A DNA stretch of 64,000 bases from Rhizodiscina lignyota. Its lineage: Eukaryota. The DNA lies in NCBI GenBank assembly GCA_010015805.1, contig ML978123.1:2418001-2482000 (forward strand). Direction: 5' to 3'. Below, piece after piece: positions 46,645 to 59,200 of the stretch; position 1 is the stretch's first letter; each line of letters begins with the position of its first letter. The notes beneath the pieces are model-generated. The model was not told where the DNA came from. It saw only the letters and a program-made list of their open reading frames with translations, and did no database searches. The translations under genes and the position numbers were made by a program.

Positions 46645-46975
46645 ATGTCGGAGCAGTTCAGCACCAAGGACGTCGCGTCGCACAACACGGTCGACAACGG
46701 GCTGTACATCATCATCGACGGCAACGTGTACGGGATGGCGGGCTTCGTAGACGAGCACCCGGGCGGCGCGAAGATCCTGAAGCGCGTGGGCGGCAAGGAC
46801 GCGAGCAAGCAGTTTTGGAAGGTATGTGTATTTTCTCTGTGCATAGGGGAGAGTGGCCGGTGCCAGGAAGTATACTGATTTGTGTGCGATTGCGCAGTAC
46901 CATAATGAGAACGTGCTGAAGAAGTATTCGGATCGGCTGAAGATTGGCACGGTGAAGGAGGAGGCGAAGCTGTAG
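46645..46975 (+). CDS. Small soluble cytochrome b5-like heme protein (intron 46822-46897)
   Basis: FVDEHPGGAKIL…GKDASKQFWKYH…KIGTV, ending in EEAKL. Confidence 0.92.
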
Positions 46976-47761
46976 ATATTGAAGGGCTTGTGGGTATATA
47001 GTATAGACGGGAGATGTGGAGGCGGGTTGTGCATAGTTTGAGTTGGTGGTTTGGGCACTCGCAAGATACACACTTTGCTGGCTAGAAATCGTATTCGCGC
47101 TCTGTTTTGTTGTGTCGTCTTCGTTCACACCTGCATTAGCGACATGTATCGTGGTCAACTATAGAAGGTTGTGCATACTTTCGCGCTGCTCAGAAGACTT
47201 GCCTTGATTAGAGTTTCTGACCGACCTGTGGCAATGAATCCTACCCACACAGCGCTGCCATTGAATGGCACTGGAGAATGGAATCGCATCAGTTCAAGCC
47301 CAAGATTACAGACATGTATTGTGAAGAATTGATTGAAAGAAGGACGAGAGTCCTCATGGATACCGACTGTCTCCACTTCTGAGAGGGACAGCGGTGTGCT
47401 CCATGTTACTACTAGTACAGTACAGAAGGCCGTGAAACACGTGCAAAGCGTGTAAATCATCGCATCTAATGCCCCATGCGCCAGATTTGCAACCCCGTCC
47501 GTGCATTGATGCTGATCAAAAGAACCTGAGGCGCCGGGCTGCATGCTTCCTTGGTAGACACCGTTAAACCATACGCCGAGCTAAAAAGCAATTTTGGAGA
47601 CTTCAGAGAAAGCCGAGCAAGAAAGGAAGGTCTAGTCTCCGTTGTAGGAGGGGTTTCGGCCGCTTCTGATGCGTTGCCGATCGCTTCGGGCAAATAGCAA
47701 GGACAAACGAAAAGTGAAGATAGGCTCTCAGAAAGAGCAAGTTGACAAGAGAGCCGGAGAC

Positions 47762-49261
47762 TCAGGTTGTCGGCTTGTTGAATCTCCCATCCAGCGCCGC
47801 AATAGCCATCATATCTTGTCTGCAACTGCCCTTGTCTCCGGGTAAGTCTCTCAGTTGTGGGCCTGCAGGGCCCGATGCATGCGCACTGTTCGGACTCCTG
47901 CTATCGGCCCTGCTCACACCATTGACATTCGTCTCCCCGTTTCGCTGCTGCTCGCCAGAAGATGTAGCAGGTGGTGGTGTCTGCGGAGTGGAGTCCGAAT
48001 TGATGAGAGCACCGATGGTGGGAAGGACTTTGCCGCTCGTTGTGGCACCGTTTGGTAAGGATGCATCGCTAGAATGCGGTCGTTCCGCTGCGGTCGCAGT
48101 GTTTGAGGAGGATGGTGGAGGCGTTAGAGGCTTGCTGCCGTTGGTGAGTGGCGCAGGGATCTGGAGCGACGGAGGAGGGTGAGAAACGGTCATTTGCGGT
48201 TCGCCCATTGAAGGCGCTGGTCCGGGCGAGGGAAGATGAGATCGTGGATCGACGTTTCCGGTGTAGTAATTTGGCTGCGGGCCAGAGATGTGAGGAGACA
48301 TGGCTGATGGTAAAGGTGGTCGGCCTGGAGGTTGCTGATACATAGGGACAAGATGTTGTGGTTGATGGCCGTTCGGATATGCAGATTGCGGAGGCGGGAG
48401 ATGAGATGGGTGTGGTGGGCGATCGTTTGGAGGCATGGCATACGGATGATATCCGTATGGGTGAGGTTGGTGTGGCGAGTGCATGGGATGACTCGGGGGT
48501 GGCGGATGTGCATAATAGGCGTATTGAGGAGCTCCAACCGGACTTCCTGGCCAGCTTGCGGGAGGGTAACCTGGAGGTGGATAGCCTTGCGGGACTAAAG
48601 CATGACCATATGGCGGGGCAACGGCAATCTGCTGTGGAGCTGTCGGATATGGAGAGCCAGGCATTGGGCCTCGAGTAACGGCTGGTACATTGGTCGCCTC
48701 ATTGACCGTTGCTTCTGGGTACATGCCTTTTGCGGGGCGAATGTGTCGAAGAGTTGGGTCGTTCGATGGCTGCTTCAGCGGAGCTTGTGTTGGCTGGGAC
48801 CGCGCATAGTAGCTAATGAGGTGCAGGTGCTGACCGCTGTTGGTAGTTATGCTGAAGGACTGCTTCATTAGTCCATCAGGCTTGTAGCGGTAGCCATCTG
48901 GTCCGTCCTCTCCACTGTCGCCGTCACCCTCTCCGCTTCGCGATCCATCGTTGCTCATGCGCGAGCTGCTCTTCTTAACAGGCTGCGAGGTAGGAAAGCC
49001 ATTGCCACCACGCTTGCCCTCCATCTCGCGGTATGTTAGGAAGCTGCCAGAGACTCTTGATGCACTCCATGATTTGCCATCGGTCCATCGTCGCATGCCA
49101 GCTTCTCTCTCGTCCCACACAAACACGGAGCCCGAGCGGATCTGCTGTCGTTCTTTCTCCGACAATCTCCTCTGGACGCGAGGAAGCACGCCTAGGCGAC
49201 AAGCTTCAAAGAGTATGATTGCATCTTGAGGCGTTCGGACGTGCCCGTTGTACGTCTCCAT
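47762..49261 (-). CDS. PAC2: Gti1/Pac2 (WOPR) family transcription factor, Pac2 clade
   Basis: METYNGHVRTPQDAIILFEAC…IRSGSVFVWDEREAGMRRWTDGKSWSASR…GLMKQSFS…HLISYY. Confidence 0.92.
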   Translation of the reverse strand: METYNGHVRTPQDAIILFEACRLGVLPRVQRRLSEKERQQIRSGSVFVWDEREAGMRRWTDGKSWSASRVSGSFLTYREMEGKRGGNGFPTSQPVKKSSSRMSNDGSRSGEGDGDSGEDGPDGYRYKPDGLMKQSFSITTNSGQHLHLISYYARSQPTQAPLKQPSNDPTLRHIRPAKGMYPEATVNEATNVPAVTRGPMPGSPYPTAPQQIAVAPPYGHALVPQGYPPPGYPPASWPGSPVGAPQYAYYAHPPPPSHPMHSPHQPHPYGYHPYAMPPNDRPPHPSHLPPPQSAYPNGHQPQHLVPMYQQPPGRPPLPSAMSPHISGPQPNYYTGNVDPRSHLPSPGPAPSMGEPQMTVSHPPPSLQIPAPLTNGSKPLTPPPSSSNTATAAERPHSSDASLPNGATTSGKVLPTIGALINSDSTPQTPPPATSSGEQQRNGETNVNGVSRADSRSPNSAHASGPAGPQLRDLPGDKGSCRQDMMAIAALDGRFNKPTT

Positions 49262-52200
49262 GTTGTACTCCAGCTACACGGTCTCGGACGCTCTTGAGCG
49301 CATATGGATTCTCGCTAATAATGAAGTGAGGCTTAAAGCCGGAGGAGATTTGAAAACACGATAGAGAGTGGATCTGCTGATGGCTCGTGTTAGTGGATGT
49401 GAGGCTAAAATCAATGTTTGACAGGGTAAGGCGTTCGTGTCTAAGCATAGCACAAAATTAAGCACAGCGCAGGGGAATTTAAGGAGGCTCGCAAAACAAA
49501 GAGTAATGTGGGGACATGGTAAGATAATCTTTTCCATGAGCGCATTGCTAAATTGGGAAGATTCGTATTCAATGGCGACTCCTGGAAAGTTGATGGAGAC
49601 ACTGACCTAGCGTGGGTGGAGAGACAAGAGGCCGAGTCAGTAAGCGCAGAACTAAAATGCGAGACGAATCGGCACTGGGCCGGCTAATGAGGAAGACAGC
49701 TTCGATGCAGATTCTCGATGGAGTGCGCAGAATTAACTTTGCGCTGTTGGCCTGATGGGAATGCGGTCATTTGAGGGCGTAGCTGGTGGTGGGTTGCACA
49801 GCTCGATAGCGCCGAGATGCGTGCGACGCAGAACGTTCGATTCGAGACTTGGATGTGGCGCCGTCGAAGTTTGGATGGACTCAGTGCGTCTGTGATGGAG
49901 AAGGTCGAGTGAGGAGAGGGCGATGGGGAGCAGGCAGAAGAGTTGCGCAGTGCGGAGGAATGCTCTTGCTTTGTAGTGCTTGGCGGCGATGGAGGGTGCT
50001 GCTTCCAAGGCTGGGTGGAGCGATCTTGTGGCGTGGCGGCTTTGGCGAGAAGTTCCGGTAGGCTAGGGAAGCTAGGGAAGGCGCACTTTATTTATTGGGC
50101 CAAGCCCAAGCTTTTTCCCTGTGCGACGCTGTCGGCTTGGGACGTCTTGCTCCCTTCAGCAGCAGATACTCTCGCTGCGGAAGCAGGAGCGAGTCCCGCG
50201 TTAGCAATGGCCGTTCCCAGGCATTCATGCGCGCGTTGCATACGGCACAAGATCTTCTCATCATCTAATCTTCCTCACCACCGTCATCGTAATCCGAATA
50301 AGCACAAGGCAGATCGTCGCGCGGCCGGGGCAGGCCAAGGGAGCAGAGCCTTGTCTTATGGCGCAGGGATGCGAACCTTACTCCCAGCGACGCCCTAAGC
50401 AGTGGAAAAGCGAGTGTTTCCATCCACGACAGACAAGCCTTTCGGCTAAGTCCATCCCCCAAGCAGGCGTGGTCCGCGCCAGCCGTGCGTTCGTCAAGTG
50501 CTGCCCCCTGGCCCACTCATCTATTTCGTGCCTGCTCTGCTTGCTGTATTCCTCATCTTCTAACGTGTCCCCATCAGGCCAATTTACGAGCATTCCATTA
50601 CCCAATCACCCCCGCCCACTCCGCCGCAGCGAGGAAGCATGGTGCCCGGCCCAGCGGTGCGCGAGCCAAGGCTGGTGGTGAGTCGCGCCTCGCACAGCAG
50701 ATGGCAATTGAGCGGCGACTAACGGCCGGCTGCCCCGCCGGAAAGCAGCGCGGTGGGCGCTCAATCGTCATGCTCGTCGCGTCCTGGGCCAGCGATTCGC
50801 TGTCGTTGCAAATGCACAGCGAGTAGCGACGACGCAGCCAAGCGTCTGGCACTGGGCGCGCCGAGAGCGGCTAGTCCCACCCGCCTGACTCGTCGCGCCT
50901 CGCAGCCCGAAGCGCTCTAGCGTGCCGATTCGCATTTTATGCTTATCTGCTCCTGGTCGCGCTTGTCCTCCAACTTTATCCTGCCTCGACAAGGCCTGCC
51001 GAAGGAGCGGTGCTGTGCTGTGCTGCTCCAACACCCTCTGCCCTGCCCTTTTGCCGTCTGTGTCGCCGCAGCAGCCCACATCCACCCTCCGTCTGCGCAA
51101 ATGAAAAGGTGTCCTCAAGCCCATTATCCGTCTTTGCAAAAGTCGCCGTCTGCTTGCTGACACGCGGCCTCCGACCTGTTCCAGCCCACGCCATCTTCTC
51201 CGCAATAACTAACTAGCAGTGCCCTAACTTAACTCTCCAAGAAGCTTAAGTGGTGCGTCGGACGGATTCCTTAGCATGTGCCCGCCGTGAGTCGTGCTGC
51301 CCACCCAGCCTTTGCGTGCCACCCCCAACTGCCGTCTGCGCGTGGCTTCAGGCACGCGAGACGCGAAGAACTGCCCTCTTCTCCAGTCTTGCAAGCGAGC
51401 CTTGTCAGAGACTCACCGGCCTGGCGGATGCATTCGCTGTATCACCTCAGCGTCCAAAAGCGGGTGCAGCAGCTGCCAAAACGTCGCAAAACACCCCAAG
51501 GCATGGCGTTTCACCGTGGTGGTGGGTGAGATTATGCTTACTTTCTGGCGGCGCGCCTAATTTGACCTCTTGTCTTGGCTTTTTCTCCTTTGCTCTGCCC
51601 CCGGCCCCTGTTCCCTGCCCGGCTCCTTGGTCCTTGGAGCACCGCTCCACGACTTTGCATGGCTTGCATCATCGATGAAGCTTTTGATCGCGTGGCAGCT
51701 TGGCATGCTTGGTGCTGCTTCTAGCCTTTGTGCGTAGAGCCAGTCGCCTTTCTTGTGCGAAGCTGGACCAGTCCCGTATAAAAGACAATAGCTGAAAAGC
51801 GTCGCATGACCATGACCTGACCCTCTGTCTGGAAACTGAACTTGGGCTGTGGAAACCCGCCGGTCAACCAAACTTTCAATGCCACCACTTCAGCCCACGC
51901 ATTTTGACAAGCGGGACTTGTCATAGGGAGGCAATCTATTATCCCGAAAAATGACTCGGAGACGGCCCGTTTAACACCGTGGCACGAGAGCAGGCTAAGG
52001 ACCCATTCAGAAATTGTCCTTTTTGTTTTCACCCATGGACCACCTGGCCAATTACCAAAGTTGGAGCTGACTCCAGTGGCGATCAGATCTGTCTCTACAC
52101 CGATTGAGCCAATAATGGCACGTACTTGCACTTTCACAAGCTAATTAATGACATACTCGAGGCTATTCCATAGCAATCGTGTGTCTAGTATTCCAGATTT

Positions 52201-54439
52201 CTCTCCATCAGGACATATGTTTCACTCAACGCTTTTCAGGCCGATTGAGAGAGGCATCCGCAGGAAATTTCCAGCCCCAGGCATTCAATCTATCTATCAC
52301 GCGATCTCATGTCCGTGGAGCGCCGTGGCCCGTCTCATACTCAAGAGCCAAGGCCGAAAAAGCATGCAGCAGGCAAAAGGGACTCGGCTTCAGCCAAATT
52401 CGCTGGTCCCTATCGCCGACGCCTCAAGGAACTGGGCAAGTGAGTTAAAGTTGGCCAAGCATTGGCTGGCCCCGAATGCATCTCGAGACGTCTACTTCTC
52501 TTGGCTGGGTTGCTTAGGGGCTCGACATCTTGGTGCCGCGGAGACAACAGCTCGCTCAATCTTCCACCAAAAATACACAGAGCAGCTGACGTTGGAGATG
52601 CTCAATCATGTGCTTGCGACATCGCAACAGTAGCCGACGTACCTCATCGTAATGCACACCCCAGTCGCACAATAATACCGAACAACATCCGATGAGAGTG
52701 CTGTTGAACTGGAAATCAAACTCCTGCTTCTCCGCATGAAGACCTTCGCGAGATCATGTCAGAGGCAATACTAATAAGCAGTACGAGACCCCAGGAGCAC
52801 TAAACAAGGGTAGTACTAGAATGCACAGAATCTACAACTCTATGCGCCACAATCACTATAAACTCGAGACCTGATGACTGTATCCCGGAAGTCCATCTCA
52901 ACGATTGTGGACGGACCTGCGGCTCCCGCGCTAAATGGTAGTTAATTAAGACCCAGCTACACGATAATCGAAGTTCGTGGGATGCCATTTTTGTTTTGTT
53001 AATTGCTGTTCTCACTAAGCCGTAGAGCTACTCGGAATTCCTCGCGAAGTAACGCAAAGGGGCAGTTGGGACACCCGAGATTCGCGACGTCAAACGTGAC
53101 ATTCGGCACCTCCGACGGTACGATTCCATTTTCATCAAGTCAGGGGACACTTTGGTCCTCTGTAAGTGGAAATCTGCAAGATCATGGTTGAATATGACTA
53201 TCCTCGTCAAGGAGATCCGCAGACGGTCACGGACAGCAAATGCGTCCCAGTACGGAGTAGTGTACCTCGCAAGTAACAACCTGGTCTCTGTATATGTAAC
53301 GCATTGGTCTCGGGCTCCCAATTGAACAATGCCACTGTATCTGACAACATCATAGACATTAAGATTGCCGTCTTTAACAATGTCTCTTTCGCACATTAGA
53401 AATCCTGCAAGGCTTGGGTACCTTGATTTGATACTTCGTCAAACTTTTCCTTATGTGTACGCATGTACTCATCCATTGCCATCCAATCCTCATTCTTCTA
53501 AAGGCCTACCCTGCTCTGATCTCCCACGATTCTGGGTTATTCCCTTATTCCGGGTTCCTAATCGTTACTTACGTCAGATTCTTATAATCTTACACGACTG
53601 CCTAACCCCAATCAGACCGCGCCTAACCGTCAAAGGCACTGTACTAGGCAAATGCAGCATTTGTATACCCCTCCACCGCTTATTATGACTGACGAAGCAT
53701 CGACAATGACTCGACGTTGGCGATCATGCCATTCCACATCGTGCTCTCGCAAACTCCACACTAGAATCAGCAGGACTCCGTAAAAGATAACTTACTAAAC
53801 GTCGCCTGAGAATCCGTTGCCATTTCTACCATGGCGAAGGCAGGTGAAACGCATCTATCCCAGCGTCTGGGGCCATGGTCTGACTCGCTTAACTTACCAT
53901 GCTTGAATTTAGAGTTACTACCGGTCAGCCAGCGGCCGCTGCAGCGGGCGCCCATACATAAGCGGAGACATTGCACTTCCGCTGAATCACACAATCCAGA
54001 TAATTGCCCCGTTCGGTAGTGGATGGACACTTTCATCCTTACTGACGATGCTGGGGAATACCTATCAAGGCCTCGCAGCTCGAACGCGCCGTTCAAGTGA
54101 CACGTCGAGAATGACACGGAGTAGTTACTAATTGTGGAAAGAGAGGCTCTTGAATTGGCCCGAGCAATGTCTCCGTATGGACGCGGTCGTCAGTTGCCCC
54201 TGGCTGTGGGGACGGGAATTTGAGAAAGATTACAAATTCGCTTGCTCCACAAGCTTTGCGAATAAGCTTTCCAGTTCCGCGACTGGTAAATCGTTATTCA
54301 TCTACTTGTGCGGAACCGGTACCAATATCCACACACATTAGTAGCTAACTCCGACAAATGCTTAGATCATATGCCATTCCAGAACGCCGTGCAGATGCGA
54401 TTTGATATCCGCCCCATTGAGTCCAAAGCAGGAAGCAAA

Positions 54440-55835
54440 TCACTGCTCTGTCGCAAGAACCATCTTCTCTCTCTCCGCTCTTCTCTTGACCTTCCCCTTC
54501 TTGGAGTGCTTCCGCTCGTTCTCCTCTCTCCTCCTCAAGGCCATCAGCTCCTCCTTCTTGATTTCGCCCGCTTTCTTCACGTTCTTCGGTATGTGGCGGT
54601 GTCTGCTGATCCTGCGAATCTCAGGCATGTGACCCCACCGCTTCCTGAGCTCCTCGTCGTATTCGAGCTGCTGCCTCTGGCGCGCAGTCTTGACGCCTTG
54701 CCGTTTCGACGCCTGCGCTCGCCACAAGCGCACATTCCCGTCGTCGCTGCCGGACAGGACAAAGTCATTGTCGGGAGTCCAGGCACAGGCGAAGACGCGC
54801 TGCATGCGTTTGGTGTGATAAATGTCTCTGCTGTGGCCGCGGTCGCGGTTCCACAGGCGAATGGTGCGGTCGTAACTCGCCGTGACGAGCTCTTCGCCCG
54901 TAGGCGAGAAATCCACGTCCATGACCGCTGCGACATGGTCGCGGAGCACGTTCAGTGCACGCTTCATCTGCCGCATGTCGAATAAATAGACGTTGTGGTC
55001 TTCGCTTGCGGCGGCGAAGTTGAATGGCTCAACTGGATTCCAGGCCAGACTGTTTGTGGCGAGCGTCAGGACGGTTCGGTGTAATGGCGAGGACGTTCGA
55101 AGATCGTAGAGCACCAGTGAGCGATCCGTTCCAGCGGAAACGATAATAGATGTCTCGGACTGGTTGAAAGCGCAGTTTGTGATGGTGTCGACAGTTGTAG
55201 GCCATTGCAATGTTTGCGAGGGAGCGGAGCTTGGTCTGCTCGTGTCGTAGATGGAGATGACGCTAGATGCGACAGCGAATGACGGTAGATGCCTGTGATG
55301 TGAAATACTCGTGAAGGCGCCAGAGCCAAAGAACGTCGTGGTTGGAGCGGAATCGGAAGGTGTGTTGTATGGATCATAGAGTTTGACAGTCTTGTCGGCG
55401 GCACAAGTCAGAAGCTGCTTGTCGCGCGTCCATGCCATGCCCTTGACAACATTGTCATGCGCCTTGGTCTGCCATATCTCTTCTCTGCTGCCCAAATCCC
55501 ACACCTTTGCCACGCCGTCGCCCGAGCCGCTCGCGAAGCGCTCCAGCGACTCGGGATCCTTTGCGATGCTGTACACACCATCTACATGGCCTCTGCCGAG
55601 CTGAGCCACGAAGGGCGCAGCAAACATGCGCTCCAATTTGGTCGCATTGAGGGCGCGCGTGTATTCTCGAGCTCGCTCGAAAGGATGCAACGCCGGGTCG
55701 AGATTTCGAGGCTGGTGGGCGACGCTGGAGCCAGGTGTTTGTATAGACGACGCCGAGCGCGTCAGAGCTTTTATCTTCTGCATCGCATGTCAGTAACAAG
55801 CATAGGTCATGCAGGGATTTTGATCTGCCTACCAT
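54440..55835 (-). CDS. SOF1: U3 snoRNP WD40 protein Sof1/DCAF13 (ATG-only first coding exon, intron 55778-55832)
   Basis: MKIKALTRS…LHPFERAREYTRALNATKLERMFA, WD40 repeats, YHTKRMQRVF and RISRHRHIPK. Confidence 0.96.
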
Positions 55836-56244
55836 TTTCTGCGGTCGAAATGCATCCTGATGCTGGCGAATCCGTCGACTGAAATTTTGGTGGAGTAAGT
55901 CTCGAAATCTTGGCATCCGTATTCCCGAGAATCAGCCGGTTGCCAGCCGGTTGCCAGGGTCTCAGGAGTCCAGTGACGCTTGTTTACGGCCAGACCTCGC
56001 GCGGTTAAGTGCGAACAACGCACCTCCGCTACGACCACCCGCACTCCACCACGACTTCAAAGCAGCATATTTAATCGCGCTCTTGTTTACTATCGCGCTT
56101 TCAAGCTGCTGTCGTGCTTTACAGCTCTCTCTTCACAACTACTCGCTTGATTGAGAGAGAATGCCACTGACATAGCTGTCGGCGCCTGCACAATCGTTTC
56201 CCAAGCACATCCACATTCCACGCGACAACAAGCAGGTCTTGACG

Positions 56245-59200
56245 ATGCCATCTGTCGACAGGGAAACGTCTCGCGAGTCCCGCGACCGAGATGCGATCGT
56301 CAAGCACAAGCATTCTTCTTCAGAAATCATTGCGGGAAGAGCAATTCCTATGTAAGGACTGGAGCACTTTGCATCATCTCTTCTTGTTTATAAAAATACT
56401 TGTCTACGAACCATGACACTGACCGCCCGTCTCCGCTCTCTCAGGTGGGATAGCTCTGACCCTGATCGCGCTCCTCCTCCACTCCCTTTAAATCCGAATC
56501 CAAATTCTCCCATCACGACTCGCGCCGGTACATCAGCGGCAATCGCAGAGACCGCGAGGCTCCTCCAAGAGAAGGCAACAGAGAGTGTCTCCCCAAGCAA
56601 ATACACTTCGAATCCCCTCCCAGAATCCTCGCCCGAAAAGTCGCCTGAGCGTTCATTAATCAAAGGAGTGCAGCATCGACGCCTCCAATCTCTGCAAACT
56701 TCGAGTAACAGTGATCTACGAACGTTCCTCAGTGGCAATGGCGCCAGATCCCCAGAGCGATCCCCAGAGCGACCACTGTCTCTTGGAAATCTCGACTCCC
56801 TCTCCAGGCCAGCATCTCCTGAGAAAGCCCCCTCGCGGGCGACCACACCTACACCAAGTGTAAAGCGTTCCCCTCCCAAGCCTATTTTGGGAGAAAACAC
56901 TCCTCCTTCCTCGACCATGCTGGCTCTTCAAGCGATGTCTGCTCGAGACTTCCAGGAAGGTCCGCCATTGTCAAACATTACAAATACTGCTTCGTCCTCT
57001 TCTGTCCGCAGTCCTCCCTCGACGACCCCCGGACCAGAGTTTGGAAGCCTTCATACACACATCCTTTCCCTTACGACCATTGCCACGAATCTTCAACGGG
57101 AGATGCAGAATCTCTCCCGCCGATCAAAAGACAATGCGACCGACTTGATCAGCCTCAAAGAGGCTACCAATGCCCGTGATGAGGACATTCGTAAATCATT
57201 GCGCGAGCTCGTCCTCAAGGTTAGCGATGGCATTGGATCACGCTCAACAGGCCCTTTCGGCATTCCATTCCTCGACAACGCTGAGCCACACTTAACACCC
57301 AAGTCGAACAAGTCTTACTCGCTCCCTCGCATTCCCAGCCCCGGTACGTTGTTCGACGATGGTGGGCGCAGTCCTTCACCTTATTCAGTCGAGGGAGCTG
57401 CAAGCGTCGCGATGCTCGAGAAAATCATTCGCGAGATGGTCACGAAGGAAGGACAAGATAGACTTCTCAGCCAGTTGTCTACACTTTTTGAGAAGGCTCA
57501 GAAGGAGTCCGGCGACACCGCACAGAAAGTCTCAGAGCTGGTCGAATTCATCAAGGACAGTAGCAACAGTCAAGCACTCGTTCGACGTCAGGGTGAAAAT
57601 GGATCTGGCAACGGCGGACCACCCCGAATCGGTGACGGAGATTTCGACAAGTCTGCAATGCCTGGTCCTCTTACTGTGGCAAAGAGTGAAGCTGGGAATG
57701 GAAAGCCTTATACCTCCCCCCGAGCAGCAGATTTTGTCACAAACGATATTATCAAGATGCTCAAGAAAATGATGGACGCCGTGACCAATACAGGCGGACT
57801 AACAGGCGAGGTTAAAGCTGCCCAGCATATCCTCCGTGGTGAAGTCTTGCATATGGGCCGAGATTTGGCGCGTAAGATTGACGAAGCACACCAAGCGAAG
57901 GACATGTCACGGGCGATTGAGGACGGTGCCAGCAAACAGGACATCGCCGCCATCGTTGAACAAGGCCTTGCAGACTTGAAGTTACACCTTGATAGCGTTA
58001 TGCGCGAAAAGCGACGACAGAGCACTTCGACCATCGTCAGCAGGAGCTCGGTCGACAACCAGCAAGTATATGATGTAGTCAAGCATGCTCTTGCCGAGCG
58101 TGACTTAGACCAAGCACAAGCCGGAAACATGTCACTTGCAGAAACCGATAAGGACGCCATTCTCCAAGCAGTGAGAGATGCATATGAGACTTACCAGCCG
58201 GAAGTCAAGATCGAACAATTCGGGCTAGAAAGAGACGAGATCCTGCAATGTCTCAAGGAAGGCCTGGATGATTATCGAGAATCCGCAGCTGCTCCTGCTG
58301 TCGACAAACAAGACATTTTGGACGCAGTGCATGATGGCATGCAGCACTTCCAACCGCCACCTCCGATGAATGAGATGCGAGAGCTACGCGACGAGATGCT
58401 TGCTGCTCTGCATGAGTCTCTTAGCCAACTTCAGCCGAGCCAGCGCGAGCAGATCAACCGCGAGACGGAGATCATGCGCAATACCATCATCGATGTGGTG
58501 CGAGATACGCTCCGCACCCACGCCAATGGTGGGCCTCAGGAAATATCCATCTCCCGAGAGGACTTGTTCGAGGCTGTTCAGAATGGACTTGCAAGCAGCG
58601 GCACACCGTTTGGCCGCTATGGTGAACAAGTGGTGAATCTGATCCACGAACTTCTGAACGACATGCGTGCCGAGTTCAAGGACTACAGTACTGCCAATGG
58701 CCGTGACACCGAGCAAGTACTCGATGCGATGAAAGATGGACTTGAGAGTCTGCGAGGCGAAATCGAGAGCTATGTCGACAGGAGCCAGGACGTGACCGGT
58801 AAGAGCGAGATTATCGACGCAGTGAGATCTGGACTGGACAACCTCAGAATGGATGTCGAGCAATTCGTGTCAGAAGGGATCAAGAGTGATAACGCTGTTA
58901 GCGTCCCCAACATGATCACCTACATCAAGTCAGAATTTGAGCAGTTGCACGAAGCCATCAGGAACCAAGACCACGCGGCGAATGAGCAGACTATTATGAA
59001 CGCGCTCCACGCAGGATTCGAATCTCTCCGCGCTAATGTTGGCACTCGCGGTCTGGGGGATGATGACGGCGAAGAGCTAAACGGCGCGATGAAGGAAGAG
59101 TTCGAGCGGCTCAAGGAGACTGTGCTCGTTGGAACTACTACCAACCGCGACGATGTGCTTGCAACACTCAGGGAAGGATTTGGCGAGATCAACGGTCGTC

